DNA from: Auanema rhodensis | Taxonomy: Eukaryota > Animalia > Nematoda | Reading direction: 5' to 3' | Assembly (NCBI GenBank): GCA_964057225.1 | Contig: OZ059897.1 | Coordinates: forward strand, 9,610,001-9,674,000 | Length of the DNA: 64,000 bases | Shown: positions 13,801-28,269 of the stretch, one piece after another | Position numbering within the stretch: the stretch's first letter is position 1 | Layout: the number at the start of each line of letters is the position of its first letter | Made by a program: the position numbers and the translations under genes | The notes under the pieces: generated by a model | Seen by the model: the letters and a program-made list of their open reading frames with translations, nothing else | Databases searched by the model: none | Told to the model about the DNA's origin: nothing

Positions 13801-16800
13801 GAGATTGGTGCAATAGTCCTAACAAATGCTTCATCCAGCCAATACTCCCACTAGGAAGATAAGAAATTCAACAAATTATTCACAAATTCTATATATGAGA
13901 TCGTTTGTTTGTTGCTAAAATCGAGATCTAAACTGGCTAATAAGAACAAATTGAAAAGAATTTTCTTTTCCAGTATTCATGGGGCTTTTAAGTAGGCTTT
14001 TGTGAGTAAAATATCGGAACATATTGTTATAGATAGGTACAAAGTTTAATAGTAATTTTCAACTTGTTAGTAACTTCTTAAGCAAAAAAAATTTGTGAAA
14101 ATGACTATTTCGCTATAGTTCTCCTGATTACGTCGGCCTGTTTTCAAAGTGTTCAGTTTCTTTTCTTAACACATGAAATGATTTTTTGTTTAAGAAAATT
14201 GATACTTGATCCTCTTCTACTCATATCATAACATAAAACATCATCAAAAAAACTTTTTTACTCTTCAAAAAGATCTTATCCACTACTCAAAAACTTTACG
14301 TATAGTTAAGTAGTTAGTTAGTTATGTCATTCATGCATGTCTACGTATCCATAACGGAATAATTAACCTGTCATATCATATATATGTATTATTACTAAGA
14401 AAGAAATTAAATACTTAACTCTTTCTGGGGGGATGAAAAAAAAACAAAAACAAATCTTTTATCAGATGACCTTGGTTGCGGGATTTCAATACGAAATGTC
14501 AGCTGGGATTAGTATGAGGAGCGAAGAGCGGAAGTTTTATCTCGGTCAGTCATCTTCCTGTCATCTTACTAACTATTCTAACAAATGGTAAAAAATCTTA
14601 TTAATTACTGTAATATTTACTATTTTCATGAAAAGAAAATATTTTTTGCCAAATTTCAGTCGACTTTGTTTTCGTGATCAAAAGCCAAGTTTAAGATGTT
14701 GCTGGCAAGTTCATTCATTCATATTCATCATAGATTTTTCATTAAAGCTGCAAACCTATATCATGAAAATAAGAAATGAGAAAGGTCAAAGCCGAATAGC
14801 AAACAAGATTTGAGTGATTCTTAAAAGGATTTTCAATCACAATCCATGCACAATGCGAGGTCAAGCTTCATGGATAAACGGCTAATCATATTCATGTGGA
14901 GCAGCACTGTCATGTACAAGCCGATGGGAAAGTTCCAGATGTGTCTCAAGCATGACAGATATCATCGAACATGCGATATATTCGTTTTTTAAACAAAATA
15001 TTCTGTACAGTATAATTAGAGTTGTGGTCGGTGAAAATAAATAAAAAGCGGATTAGATTGTAGGCTACCTGTGCGACATCAACACAAGTACTTGAGATGA
15101 TGGCAGGAGAAAATCAAAGTTTTTGTGGGTAAGTGAACAAAAATTTAGATAGAAAACCACTTATATTAATCCTTTTGATTAAGTAACCGACAATAGATTT
15201 TCTCAATAAAAACTTGATGAAAGTTGTTTGAAGAAAAGATTATTAACACTTAAAGATGTATTCTGTATTCAATTTTTATATAATTATGGTCAAAAAGGGT
15301 TAAACAAACAAATAATGTTTTAGATTAAATAAACTTAAAGCTTTACAAAGGAACTTGCCAAAATTATATTTCTGTATGGTTTATCATCATTTATCAAAGT
15401 TTTTTTAATAGAATTTAACGATGTTATCAGGAAAATTAGAGAAAATACAGAAGCATTTGAAAGCTTAAAAAAATGGTTGAAAACGGATGAAAACGAGAGT
15501 ATAACTTGAATTCAAACATCACCAACAGCATAATTTTAGAAAAATATAGTTAAAGAATAGAAATATAATGTTATGAATAAGCTGAATTAGGCTATAATCA
15601 GAAAGAGAGAATGAAATCAAAAGATATACGAAGAGTATATCGTGATAGTTTATATATTTGATATAATGAAGTTTTAGAAAATAAATTGAATGCCAAGATT
15701 CTTGCAAAATGTAATAAAGTTTATTAAATTCTTTAAAAAAGAAAATTAAGCAAAATTGTGTATAACAATAGTAACCTTTTATGGCTGTTTATATAAGAAG
15801 TTTGTCGATTTGTCCTTACGATAATTCGAAAAGCTATAAAAATTTTTCGTCGTTGTCTATTTCTCATCTGATTCTCTTCATTCCCAGAATCAAAAGGTAT
15901 CTTTACATACATAAATATATAAAAGAATGAAAAGACGACATGAGAAGACGATAGATTGAAGATGGACGAGGCGAGGTTGATGACGACGATGGCTACGGGG
16001 ACACAGCCAGGACGACGGTTACGACGGTGAATGTTAGACGAATACACGAAGAACGACAACGACGACGGCGCTCAGCATCTGTCTAAATACTATTTTTATG
16101 ATCCATTAAAGGAAGTTGAAAAGGAAAACGCTGGAAAGATAATTTGGTGCAGAGTGGCTGAGGAGGAATCATCCGATGAAATGTGGATATGCAGACGACT
16201 TCAGTTATATGTCAGTCAAAATATCGTATACATAATATCATTGTCGTCAACGTCGCCGCCGCCGCAGCCACCGCCACCGTCGTTGTTGTCGTCGTCGTCG
16301 TCATCATTGCCATTTTTGATTTCTTCAATAATTAACTTGTTGAAAAACGAAACAATACGAACGTAAACGTCTGCATCTGAATGATGTCAGATACAGTAAA
16401 ATTTTCATTTCATATTAATAACGTCAAGACGTGAAATGAGGCAAAACTAAAGAAAGTGAGAGATTAAATTGAAGTTTAATTGCAGTTTATTTAATGTAAT
16501 TTTTAGCGAAAAAACGTCAGCAGTAAATGATAAATTTTATGATCAGTGGTTATCAATTTGAAGTTTTAAATTGTTCGAACACCGTGTTTAGAGATAGGAC
16601 AAGTTCATAAAACTATCTCACGTGCGGTCTTCTGAAGTCATAAAGCTGTCAGGTTTTGAACTTCTTTAAGTCTGAGAAAAGACTTTGAAATGCTATCAGT
16701 TGTATCACTTTTTTCATTTGACATCATTTTTTTGTTGTTTTTTCCATTTAATTTACATTTTGTGACTTGAAAGAAGATTTGAAATAAAAAAAAAACGTCT

Positions 16801-19619
16801 TAACGTAAATTTTTCATTCAAAATTTGTAATGAATATGATGAGTTAAATAGACACTTTGGTCATCGGATGGCTTGTGAACTTTGGCCAATCATACCTATT
16901 CAATTTAGAAATTAACCATTTTGTGATGGCAATTAGTAGACAGATAGTTAAAAGTATCCGCTTTGTATCGGTAAACATGAAAAAGAGATTGTTATCTGGA
17001 GGGTTCGTAAGACACTACCAAAAGGCAGGAAAGTTTGAAGAAACAGAGGGCATTTTTAACTTCTTGAAAGGGAAAAAAAGGAATTAGAAGTGCACAAAGA
17101 GCTAAGTTATCTTGTCGATAGCCTTGAATGTAAATATATGATGTTGGATAATAATGACCTTCTATAACGTAATGAAGAACATCATTATCTGTTCAAAAAA
17201 TGTTATATTATGAGATTATTTGGAAATTTTTATAACAAAAACAAAGATATATAGTACTTCAAATAAGCTTATTCTTTAAAAAAATAAAAGAAAATTGAAT
17301 GTAGATTTCGCGAAAATTTGCTAAATCATCGTCAATGTGACAGATCAATTGACAGTATCCGATTAGACGATTTTCATATTTTTTAATGAGAAAAGGAAAA
17401 TTGTTCGAAAAGAAATAACTTTTTCATTTTTTTACTTAATTTATCCTCCACTCCATCTAAAATCTATTCTTTTCTTTTGGCGGTGATGTGTTTTTGTTGA
17501 TCTGCGAAGGACTATTTAACGACAAGTTGTCCTGACGGATGAGTTTATCTCCTCAAAATCTTCTTGATGAATCTGTCCTCTATGTTTTTCACACTTATTT
17601 ATAAAATATATACATACATTTACACATAAATATATATTTATATTTAAAAAAAATGATTAAAGTAATTTTATCCTAGAAATACAACCGATCTTTGAGCATG
17701 AAATCATAAAATTAATTCGCTTTCACGTGAATAAGTGTTACGTCAACATCGTAGAGATCATGTCAACATGCTTTGTCGTACAAATTGGAATATTTAAGAT
17801 TGAAATACAAATATAACTGAAATGTGATTAGAATAATTGAAATAAAAAATTAAATTAGGAGAAAAGCTAAACAAAGATCTGATTGTTTATAGAAAAAGTA
17901 TGAATAGAGATTTATGTGAATAGGTAGATTGAAAGTTATAATTAGCTCGGCTATAAGCCTAATAGAGTTATTTCGATAAAATATACAATTTATTCTATTG
18001 TATATATAACACTTCAACAGTTTTTTTAACCTTGAGTTTTGCTTCAAGTTATAACACTCACTTGACCTGCTTGGGTTAACGCTAAAGTTGAAACAATTGC
18101 CAGATAGTCAAAGAAGTAACTAAATTAGATATGTGCCCGACAATATAACTATGTCATCTAGCCTACCCGATAATTATGTCAGACAGTTTATTATTTGGAG
18201 GGATCTGCTTTGATGGATGTGACTCATTTGACTGATTTCTTAATGTTTTTCATTTCCCTATTCACATATTCATTCGGTCATTCTCCATAAAACTGAAAGT
18301 TTAAAGAGAAATACATTAAGTACAAACTTGTCATTTCATTTTTTTTCTGATCATCAATGAAAGAAATAAAAGTTAACAATAGATTTTCATGGTTAACTAA
18401 TAGATTTCAATCCTCTGTCCTTAAGACATAAACCACTAAAACAAAACAGCCATATCATTCAACTATTTCAGCATTTCTACCAGCCTATTTCAACCTGTGC
18501 AGATGTACAAGGAATTTTGTGAAGCATCCACGAAAATATTCAAAGACCATCTCTCTAAACGTTCTCTCTTCCACCAAATTTTTTTTTCTCTTCAGAACAA
18601 CAACAAGATTTTCATTTTTTCTACATGGCATGTTGCATATGTTTCAACGAAAACAACGAATACACATCTGTTATGGAATTTGAAATCGCCTGGTATTAAG
18701 CAACTAAGAAGAAAAAAGGAGAAGAAGAAGAAGAATCATAGATTATAACATGTATCATTAAAACTTTTCTCTCTCTCTTTGAATATATATGAACCAGATA
18801 TATTAATAAATCTCGAAAATAAGATTCATTCAATAATTCTTTTTAAAAATTTCTTTTTTTAAATTAAAAAAAAAGGTTATAAAATCTATAATAAACTAAT
18901 ATAATCCCGAAATATACTAATCAAGTTGATATTTTCATTTTATATAAAGTATATGTCAAAGTAATCTTTTTTTTTGTTCATCAAACAGAAGTATTCGTTG
19001 TTATATATCAGAAATATTCTTTGTGTTCCATTATAAAACAAGCGGCTCGGAAATTGGGAAGAAAGAGACTCACTCTGGGAATACATTCGCCGTTGTTTCG
19101 GATCAATCTACGTGCTCGAGCACCGAAAATGCCCCCTCCGAAATGTGGATGAAACACCAAATCGACCACATTCCCAAACGCAACTCGCTCAGTTGTGCTT
19201 CCGTTTTTTTTTCTGAGCACAAGACATGCATTACATTCCCTTCAGTAGATGAAACCTAAACTTTTTATCCCATATATGCATGTATGTGTATATGTATGTA
19301 CATATTCAAAGTTTAAATAACTACAAAATATTTAAGCAGTTTGTCAAAATCATATCAATTTATCAGTTTTCTGTAAAAAGTTTGTGAATTCTCATGAAAA
19401 TGAGAAGAAAAAAACATTTTTTTTAAATATTCCTTATAGTTTATTCAACAGAAATTATTCTATTTGAAACATTTTCATATTTTGCTTTTGAGTATGATTA
19501 GAAGCAGTCAACCACATGAAACTTGTTGAAATACCGAACTAAGATCAGCAGCAGTTAGTCGCATCACTTTTGTTTTTGATCAAAATTTATCCATTTTCTT
19601 CCTCTATATTCATCTTCTT

Positions 19620-20048
19620 GAACATTTTTTAAACATTTAAAAGAAATCATTTCAATTTTTCTCATTGATTTTTCATTCGAAGCAACTGTTCACATCTCTC
19701 TTTCTGCATTCACCCTCTCAATCTCTTTTCTCTTCCTCTCATTTTCAATTCAATGTATCCTTCATGTACTTTTTACTCCTAATCTCTTAATCTTTTGAGC
19801 ATATTCTCTTCACTTTATTTAGTTATTAACTTCGGATTTTCACAAAACATTTCTTTTATTTTACCATCACAAGCTTCATGAATGAAAAACATGTCGATCT
19901 TAAGTTCACTAGCTTCTGAACTTTGCTCCTTCAACCCCTCAATAAAAAAATTTGCGTGGCATGCCATTGTAGAACGGCTTATATTTCGATAGCATTCTCT
20001 CTCTTCTTTTTCCTTATTTGTAGCTTGGTTCTTGTTAAAATCTTCCAT
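19620..20048 (-). pseudogene. Decayed intronless Glu/Lys/Arg-rich ORF (pseudogene or retroelement ORF relic)
   Basis: The 77-aa ORF continues in the same frame past its stop as *SEENMLKRLRD*E*KVHEGYIELKMRGREKRLRG*MQKERCEQLLRMKNQ*EKLK*, which is coiled-coil-like and broken by stops. Confidence 0.4.
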
Positions 20049-20644
20049 GAAACATAATGGTCAGATCGTTGATGAACGTCATTTACACTGCTTAAACACC
20101 AAAAGCTTACATTATTAATTCTAAAGTAAATGACCCTGTTTGGTATTCAGTTGCACTCATCATTTCACATTTCATCAAACAACGTTTTTTTTCCTCCAAA
20201 AAACATCCATTCTTCTGTTTCTATTCATTCAACCATATGTAATATGTTTACTTTAGTAGAACGTCCCTCTGAAATAAATACAGAAGAACCACTCTCTCTT
20301 TCACTTCTTCATGCCCCCTCTCTCTCTCTCTCTCTCTCTCTTACTTCTTTATTACTACTACGTGATACAACTTTATATTATCGTGATTTTATCTTTAATA
20401 ATTCAAAAGCTTTTTAATATAAGTATTTATACGTCCATATTTATTTTTTACTCATTTTTTCTTTACTATATCATATAAATTTTCGTGTTGTAACTCCAAA
20501 AACATCATTTTGACGTGAATTGCCACGCAAGTTATTTTAACTTTTCATTTTTCATTTGAACTGCAACAGTTTGCATAGTCGGCTGTGGATATCTCCAAAT
20601 ATTTTTTTTTCAAATTTCAATTTTGAACTTTTGTTTTTCAGAAC

Positions 20645-22974
20645 ATGGCTAAAGTACAGCTTCACCAGTCACTCCTTAGCTTTCATGAAAGTCCAGAAGT
20701 ATTTGATTCGCCCGTCACACCAGATTCAATTTTATCAAAACTTGGTGGGACATTGTAGTTGTACGTGTAGCATGTGTATGCGTCATGCATTTCAGGCAGT
20801 AATTGGAAACTTCGATCAGTTGTTGTACTTGCATCTCTATCATGGTGCTTTGGAGCTTCATCTTTAATGACAAGCGCATTTTTCTCAATAGATACTCAGC
20901 ATACAAATATTTCCATGTATACTGTAGTAGATGAAGTATGAATTTATATATAAATTTCCTTATATCTCTTCAATAACTTAGTTTGACTTGAGAAATGAAC
21001 GAGCTTATCTAGCTGATTGGAGTACGTCAGCTTTCATGATCGGCAACATGATCGGTGGAGCAGTGTTATCACATCTATCCGATAGGTTAATGCGTTCAGA
21101 TCAGTGAGTGTTTTTTAATTTTTGATTTTAAGATTAGGACGAAAGCCTATATTTCTTACATGTGCTGTAATACAATCAATAGTTGGTATATTAGCAGCAT
21201 TTTCTACCAACTTTTGGATGTTCACATTCTTACGAGGCTGTCAAGGAGCAACATATTTGGTATAGTTCTATTTCAAAATATTGCATCTCATTAACAACAC
21301 TTGATCTTTCAGGGTACATCACTAATAGCTTGGGTTCTCGGCTATGAGCATTCAAGCATCGATTTTCGATCTCATACAACCTTACTTTTTGGAATAGCTT
21401 GGGTTATAGGGTATTGTTTAGTAGCTCCAACAGCATATGTATCATCATCATGGAGATATCTCATGTTTTTTGGTGCAGCTCCTCTAGTAATCTATGCCAT
21501 AATTGGATTTTTGTAAGAATTATCAATTTTTACTTAAAGCATTTCATATAAGCATATTCAGATTTGTACCAGAAACTCTTCATTTCTTAATTTCAAAAAA
21601 TAAAATGAAAGAAATATATGAATTCATCCAATCAATAGATAAATCAGCTAATCTTGACATGGAATTAGAGTTATTACAAAAACAAAAACTTCAGGATGAA
21701 TCAGAGAAGTATGTGAAGAAGGAATTTTCTATTTGATTTCTTAATTTCAGTGAAAAAGTCTCATTTCTTCATGAAATTTGGGAAAATAAGAAATTTCTTG
21801 TCTACTGTTTAGTTCAATTATTTTTATGGTTAATATATATATATAATATATAATTATTATTATTATAATTATTTCTTTAGGACATGTGATAATTTCATTT
21901 ATTTTGGATTATCTCTATACAGTACACAATTAGCTGGAAATATTTATGTCAATTATATTTTAATGGGTCTTGTTGAATTACCAGCTTATATTATTATTCC
22001 TTATAGTTTGGATAAGTGAGTTTGTTTTTAATTTTCTTAAAGATTTTCTCATAAAACAATTAAATATTTTAAACGAATTTGTGAATGTGTTTGTATTAGG
22101 GGTTACACGACTAACTAGTTCGATATACCCGGAAATTCCGTTGTTGTAAGTGGTACTCGGAAAACGAAGCTTTTGTCTGGGTTCAGAATGAAGTTTTTAA
22201 CAATGAAAGCACCGTAACTTTTCTTAAAATAAAAGAAATTTTATCTAATTTGGGCTACGAGTAACCTTTTTTTTTAAAAAATGATTCGATTCCATATTTG
22301 GGGCTGTTGAAAATTTGAAAATCCGGATTCAACTCTCTCATTTTCAAAAATTTCTTCGGTTTGAGTAGCCATTGATATGTGTAAAAGTACAAAAGCATAT
22401 AATACAATAAGTAAATTAAAAATAGACAACAATCTAATTATATGTTACAACTTAAAAAAAACAAATTAATTTTTATTCTTAAGATATGGTCGAAAATTAA
22501 TTGTAGCTGGATCTCATTTAATAGCTGCTAAATGTTTCTTAATTTTACTCTTCTTACCTGGTAAATCTTTATACATAATTCAAACATATTCAACTCTTGC
22601 TTTGCAGAAAATCATGTTTTGAGTTTAGCCTGTTGGTTTATAGGCAAATTTGCTATATCTTGTTCATTTATGTCCTTATTTGTATATGCTAGTGAAGTAT
22701 TTCCTACTAATATCCGAAATGCTTCTATTGGTATGTGTTCGGTATTAGCACGAATTGGCGGTATTTTGGCTCCATATGTGCGTCTGTTGGTAAGTTTTTG
22801 CTATATGAATTTCAAAAAATATAAATGTGTTTATCTTTTCAGTCAAGCTTCTCAGCAACGTTACCTACTCTGGTTTTCTTTACAATGTCACTTTTAGCTG
22901 GATTATTAACATTCCTTCTCCCAGAAACGAATAAAAAACCGCTACCATCATCAATTAAAAATCCTAAAAATTAA
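20645..22974 (+). CDS. MFS transporter, SLC22/organic cation transporter-like, multi-exon
   Basis: TTTTCAG-aac-ATG start. Spliced motifs: TVVDE/FDL, FMIGNMIGG, LSDR/LGRKP, SSWRYL, VPETLHFL, YFGLSL, GLVELPAY, DK/YGRK, YASEVFPTNIRN, ARIGGILAP, LPETNKKPLP. Stop TAA at 22972-22974. Confidence 0.9.
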
Positions 22975-24242
22975 TATATGTATATATATACATAAATATA
23001 TATATATGTTTATATGTATATGTATACTTATGTGTTTATTGAATGTTATACGAGTTGTTAAAAACCCATAAATTCCAAGACATTCATGTCAATGAATGAA
23101 TGTCTAATTTGAATTCAACCTCAATTCCAAGATAAAAAACATTTGTACAAAAGTATTGTTAGAATTCAGTGCATAAATTGAAAATCTTCATGTATACATC
23201 TATTTTAAAATTAAATAAATAATCATTTGTTACCTTTTCAACAATGAATTTCAGTCAACTAATTCACAATTTTATGATCAATTTACGTATAGATCGTCTT
23301 TACAATCAAGTCACTCTAGATACATTGTGGGTTTTCGGTTTGATAGGATAATTTGAGTTAAATCTCTTCTTACTCTCTTATTCAATACATGTCTGACCAT
23401 CCGTCAGTCTATTTATGACAGTTCAAATAAAAATTCATACAACTCTCTAGCTATGCGCAACTGAACATTTTTACTTTTCTCTCTCTCTTTTCAACAAAAT
23501 TTTTTTTTAACAAACATTGGAAATTCACTAGCCATTCATTTAAATGAAAGTATGATAGGTCAAATATATTTGTCCTTCGTGTTCTTCAGAGATTTCAACT
23601 AGTTTGAAACATTTTTCATCAACTTTTCAAATGTTTTATCAAAGTAATTATAATAAAATTAAAAAAAAAAAAGTAAAAGTTACGAAAGCAAATAATGAAT
23701 TGGCATCTTGTTTTTTCATGTTATAATCCAGTTTTTACATTCATTATCTAATTTACTTAGTTTCTATTTAACTTAAATTAATAAAACTTGCAAGCTAACT
23801 CAAAAGACAGATTTCAATAATAGATAGGAAGAAGATGAACTATTTGTATTAAATAATTTTAAATTTTCAGAATAAACAATCATAATTTCTTCTTAAATCC
23901 CAAAGATATTTGAACAGACATAAAAGGATCTTCTGATGAAAATAAATATTTAGATGAGGTGAACTGATTACTCAATTAGATTTCTGTTGTTCGGCCATCT
24001 CTTTTCTCTTTAACGCTCATAATCTTCTTCGATTTCCGAATTGTTCTTCCTGTCATCATAAGATTTTCCTCTCCGCCCTCAAGCTACCACATGCATACAG
24101 ATTCACAGAGGACGGTCGTCTAGAAGTATAAGCAGATTTTATCTGGATAGGACCATTTTAGCTAGTTCACGACTAAAAGAACGAGTTAAATCATTATATT
24201 CCATTTGATCTAATTGACTTTTTTATTTTATTTTCTTAACAA

Positions 24243-27200
24243 ATGCTAGCTAATGTAAGAATATATTCAAATTTTTTTATTATTTTATCATTTATTAGCT
24301 ATTTTCAACAAATTTCATGTCAGGTAAGTTCATTTACTAATTAAGATTCACTTTCATTATATATCCAGCAAAATAAGCTTGAAGTTGTTTGTGAAAAATA
24401 TTTGAATTGCCGTCGTGAATTAGAAGAAAAAATTTGGAATTGTTCTAATAAAGCTCGGAAAGGTTCTCAATATGCTTGTAAGAGTCAACTACTAATAGAG
24501 TAAGTCTTTAAATGCATTTTACTTGTAAACACAGATCCTTTTCAACATTTTTCACAACTTTCCTTCAAGATTAGCAAATAATATTTTTTATTCTCTTACA
24601 TTTTCACAAGATTAGTGAGATATGTTGTATGTTATTTCCTCAATTTCAAGCATAATTTCTAAAAAGGACATAGTTAGATCGCTATCTATGCGGTCATTCG
24701 ATGTCACTCACTTTCTCTGAAAAAAAAAAATAAATATAAATCTAAAGAAAGACAATCAATATTGAATAACAACAAAGGATATAACCATATCCTATAAATT
24801 CTATTTGTTAAGATTTAATTGACTTAGAGTATAGTATATAGTTTATGAAAATTTCCGAAAAACTGTTAATACCATCATTTTCAGAGAGTTTTATGATAGT
24901 GTTATAGCTAAAGGAAAATTTTTAACAAAATGTCATTTAGCCAAAAAGTCTATAATACGTAAAACAAAGGTAATATTCAACTAAATATAAATTTAATAAA
25001 GTTTTATTATTCAATAAAGGTTTGTAATGTTGAAAAAACTGAATGGCCAGCATTTGATAATTGCTCATCCATAGTTAGTCATCAAGCAGTTTGTATGAAA
25101 TTACGAGATTGTTGCCCAGAAATCAATAAGTAAGTAATTTACTTTTATCTTTTTTGATTCAAAAATTTGCAAATTCAGATGTACTCATACTGCCTCTTTC
25201 AAACTTTTATCCAAAAAAATGAAAGATAAGAAAGATATTGTATTGAAGCAGTTATATAAGTGTTCAAATGATATGGAAAAAGTTGTTTCAGCTAATATGT
25301 CCAGGTTTACTTTCAATTTCCTTCACAACTTTGTATTTATTCCCAAAAACTTTAGAGATGATACTGATATTGCTGTTAATGTCATGGATTCGAATGAAAT
25401 CGTTATTGCAATGGTTGTTGAAGTCGGCCATATTGCCAAGAAAGTAAGTGAAACTACAAATCTTGACTATATTATCTTTATAAATCTTCAGAAATCTATG
25501 TCTAAACATATGAAAAAAACAATGACACTAAAAACTGTAAGTTTCAAACATTGCGGTTCTGAAAACGAAAATGAGATTTAGCCACCACGACTAGAACGTG
25601 GAGATTCGCTGGATAAAATTTTTGGTACACCGTTACTAAATGGAAGTAGTTATGTGCAGAATACCTCTGACACTGATAGAAACGGTTTGAATTTTGATTG
25701 TATAATGTTTTATTATTGGAACTTCTGAAGGAACAGCTTTGCTATTGCGATTAGAATCATCAGATTCCGCTGGAACAAAGGATATGATGAGTGGTCAGAT
25801 GAAATCATACAGACATCGCAGTGAAAAGATCACGAATTCTCCTGCGAAACTAGATGTTTCGCTTTCAAATTATCATCCAACTACTATTAGTAATATTGTT
25901 TTTCCTTTAATAATTCACAGTAATAACTTCAAACTTTTACAGAAACTAAGAAATCGAAGGATTATTTACGATCAAAAGATCCGGTAAACATTTCCAAATG
26001 TATTTCATATATAACCATTTGTAGCATCGTGTATTTACAATAAGAAGACCGTGGTCATCAAGTCGACAAATTGCTACATCAAGGGGAAACTCCAAAAAGC
26101 CATCTCGTGCTGTGAGGATATAGATATGCTTCTTCATTTATTTAAATATTTTTTAGACAAAAACTATTTATACTGGACATCTTCCAATCAAAACAAAACA
26201 TGAACCAAAAGAATGGATTACTTTAAGTTCACAGGATGAAGATTCAACAACAAACTTGCCTGTAGCACCTAAGAGTATAAAGCCAACGCCTGGATCAAAC
26301 AAGAAACTTGAAGATTCGGAGCTGAATGATTTGGAAAAAGATATTTTAGACATACTTGTATTGGAGAAAAAGTCATTAGAACATACTATTGACTATCAAA
26401 TAGATAATGAAGTAAGTTTTTTTTCAGAAATATAACAATCAAATTTAATTTTGGCAAAAATCAAAGAAAATATGCAAAAACATCCGCTGTATGGTGTTCT
26501 GTTTTAAAAAATAAAATCTCATTGTTTATGCTTATTATATTTCTTATAATCACGTATTTAGGATGATTTTGAGAAGAATTTACAAAAGAATTCAGATACT
26601 TTAGTCACATTTGCCAAGAATGCTATTCCATTACCAATGAAAAATAGTATAAATAATGGAGGTAATGATGGAGAAAGCAGTGAACTTAATTCGAATAATA
26701 ACTTGTAGGATCAGGTCCAAATAATATTGAAACTGATATGGAAGCAGTAATTGATGGTGGTGGTACATGGACAATGATTCCAAAGTATCCGACAACAGAC
26801 AGGTAGATGTTGTTTTGTTTTGAAGTATTTCATAACTCTTCATTCAGTCCAACGGGTGGCAGTCCCTTAGAAAATTTCATTGAACAAGAAAAGATGAATG
26901 TAGCTGATATTAGTGATCTTAATACTCATCTTCCAATATTAGTTGATGATCGTTCGACATTGAGCAATATACGCAATGAGGTATGAGATTTTCTTTTCAA
27001 TTTTTGTTGAGCATTCGAGAATATTTAGGTTGAAGGAAATGCTAAAGCAAAGTTTGACTTATCCAAAAATGATTCTACTCGAAAATCTATATTAACTATT
27101 GATAGTAAAACAAGTAACATTGAACAGGTTGCAGCTTTATCAGCATTTTTTAAGTAATTGAGCTTACTTTCAGAAGACAAATGATAATCTATGGCCATTC

Positions 27201-28017
27201 ATAAGACATCGACGACTATTTGGCACACGTATTGAAGATGGGTATGAATCTAAAACAATCTCTAATACTATTTTATATTTTTAGAAAAAGTTTGAATGAT
27301 AACGATAAAAAGGCAAAATGGATAGATATTCTCAGAAATCCTCAAGTATGTATTACATGTCCAAGGCTTCAAAAACATAAAACATTTTTAGAAATCTACT
27401 CATTGTGATCTCACACTAGCTTGCAAACAATTGTATTCAGAAGAAAAATATAATTGTGAATCACCTGCCAGTAGTATTTTTATCCCAGATATAACAAAGA
27501 AACTACGTTTTTCGAAGTGTAGTTCTACACTTTCTCCTGAGAATCAAGTAAAGAAATATTAGATGAAAGTCATAATTCTCATTATATTCAGGAATTAAAG
27601 CAATTAACCAAAACATTGGATGAAAAAATTCTTAATTGCCTTCAAACAACACAGGGAACGAAAGTAGATCCAATGTTTAAGTTTTTATAAATTTCTGGTT
27701 TCTCTCCCTTTCAGATTGCTACGTGTTCAGATGATATTCCTTCACTACCTCATTTCGATCATCTATCAGAATGTGCAAACAGGCTTCTATATTTGAATTT
27801 ACATTGCGAAAAATTATCAGCTTGTTGTACTGCTTCATCACAGTATTACCGAATCCAATTTCCATTTCCATAATCTTGTATTTACAGATGTCATCGTAGT
27901 GTTAGTACTTCAGACGTATATGCAGAAATTAAGAAGAAAAAGCAGGAATTATTCAAGAAATCACAAGAATGTCAACTTAAATCTTTCCAAACATATAAAC
28001 AATTACCTAATGAGTAA
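24243..28017 (+). CDS. Predicted secreted protein with N- and C-terminal Cys-rich helical modules separated by a long low-complexity region; many short exons
   Basis: Signal-peptide-like first exon MLANVRIYSNFFIILSFISYFQQISCQ ending at a GTAAGT donor. N-module has CEKYLNC...C...VCMKLRDCCPEINRC; C-module has CDLTLAC...C...HCEKLSACCTASSQC. Regular ~45-nt introns; stop TAA at 28015-28017. Not every internal junction was resolved. Confidence 0.75.
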
Positions 28018-28269
28018 TTAATAAAATATAATATGCTTATTAAAGATTATATTAAAAATCTTTTTTCTCTTTCAAACTAAATTCAGAAGAGAAATGTATT
28101 ACATCAGGAATTATATAGATGAATGTTTTAACTAGAAAACTTTGAATGTTTAGAGCTTATTCTCATTATTTCATATCATTTTAAACTTTTTTTTCTGCAA
28201 TTTATTCATTTTATATGATAGGATATCTATTTACATTTTCATTTTTCATAATGTTTATTAATAAAACAT

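Noticed and set aside
15733-16366. ORFs 15733-16059 and 16031-16366, and possible fold-back between GAC and GTC repeats
   Set aside because: The open frames come from trinucleotide low-complexity tracts, there is no supporting splice structure, and complementarity between simple repeats is expected by chance.
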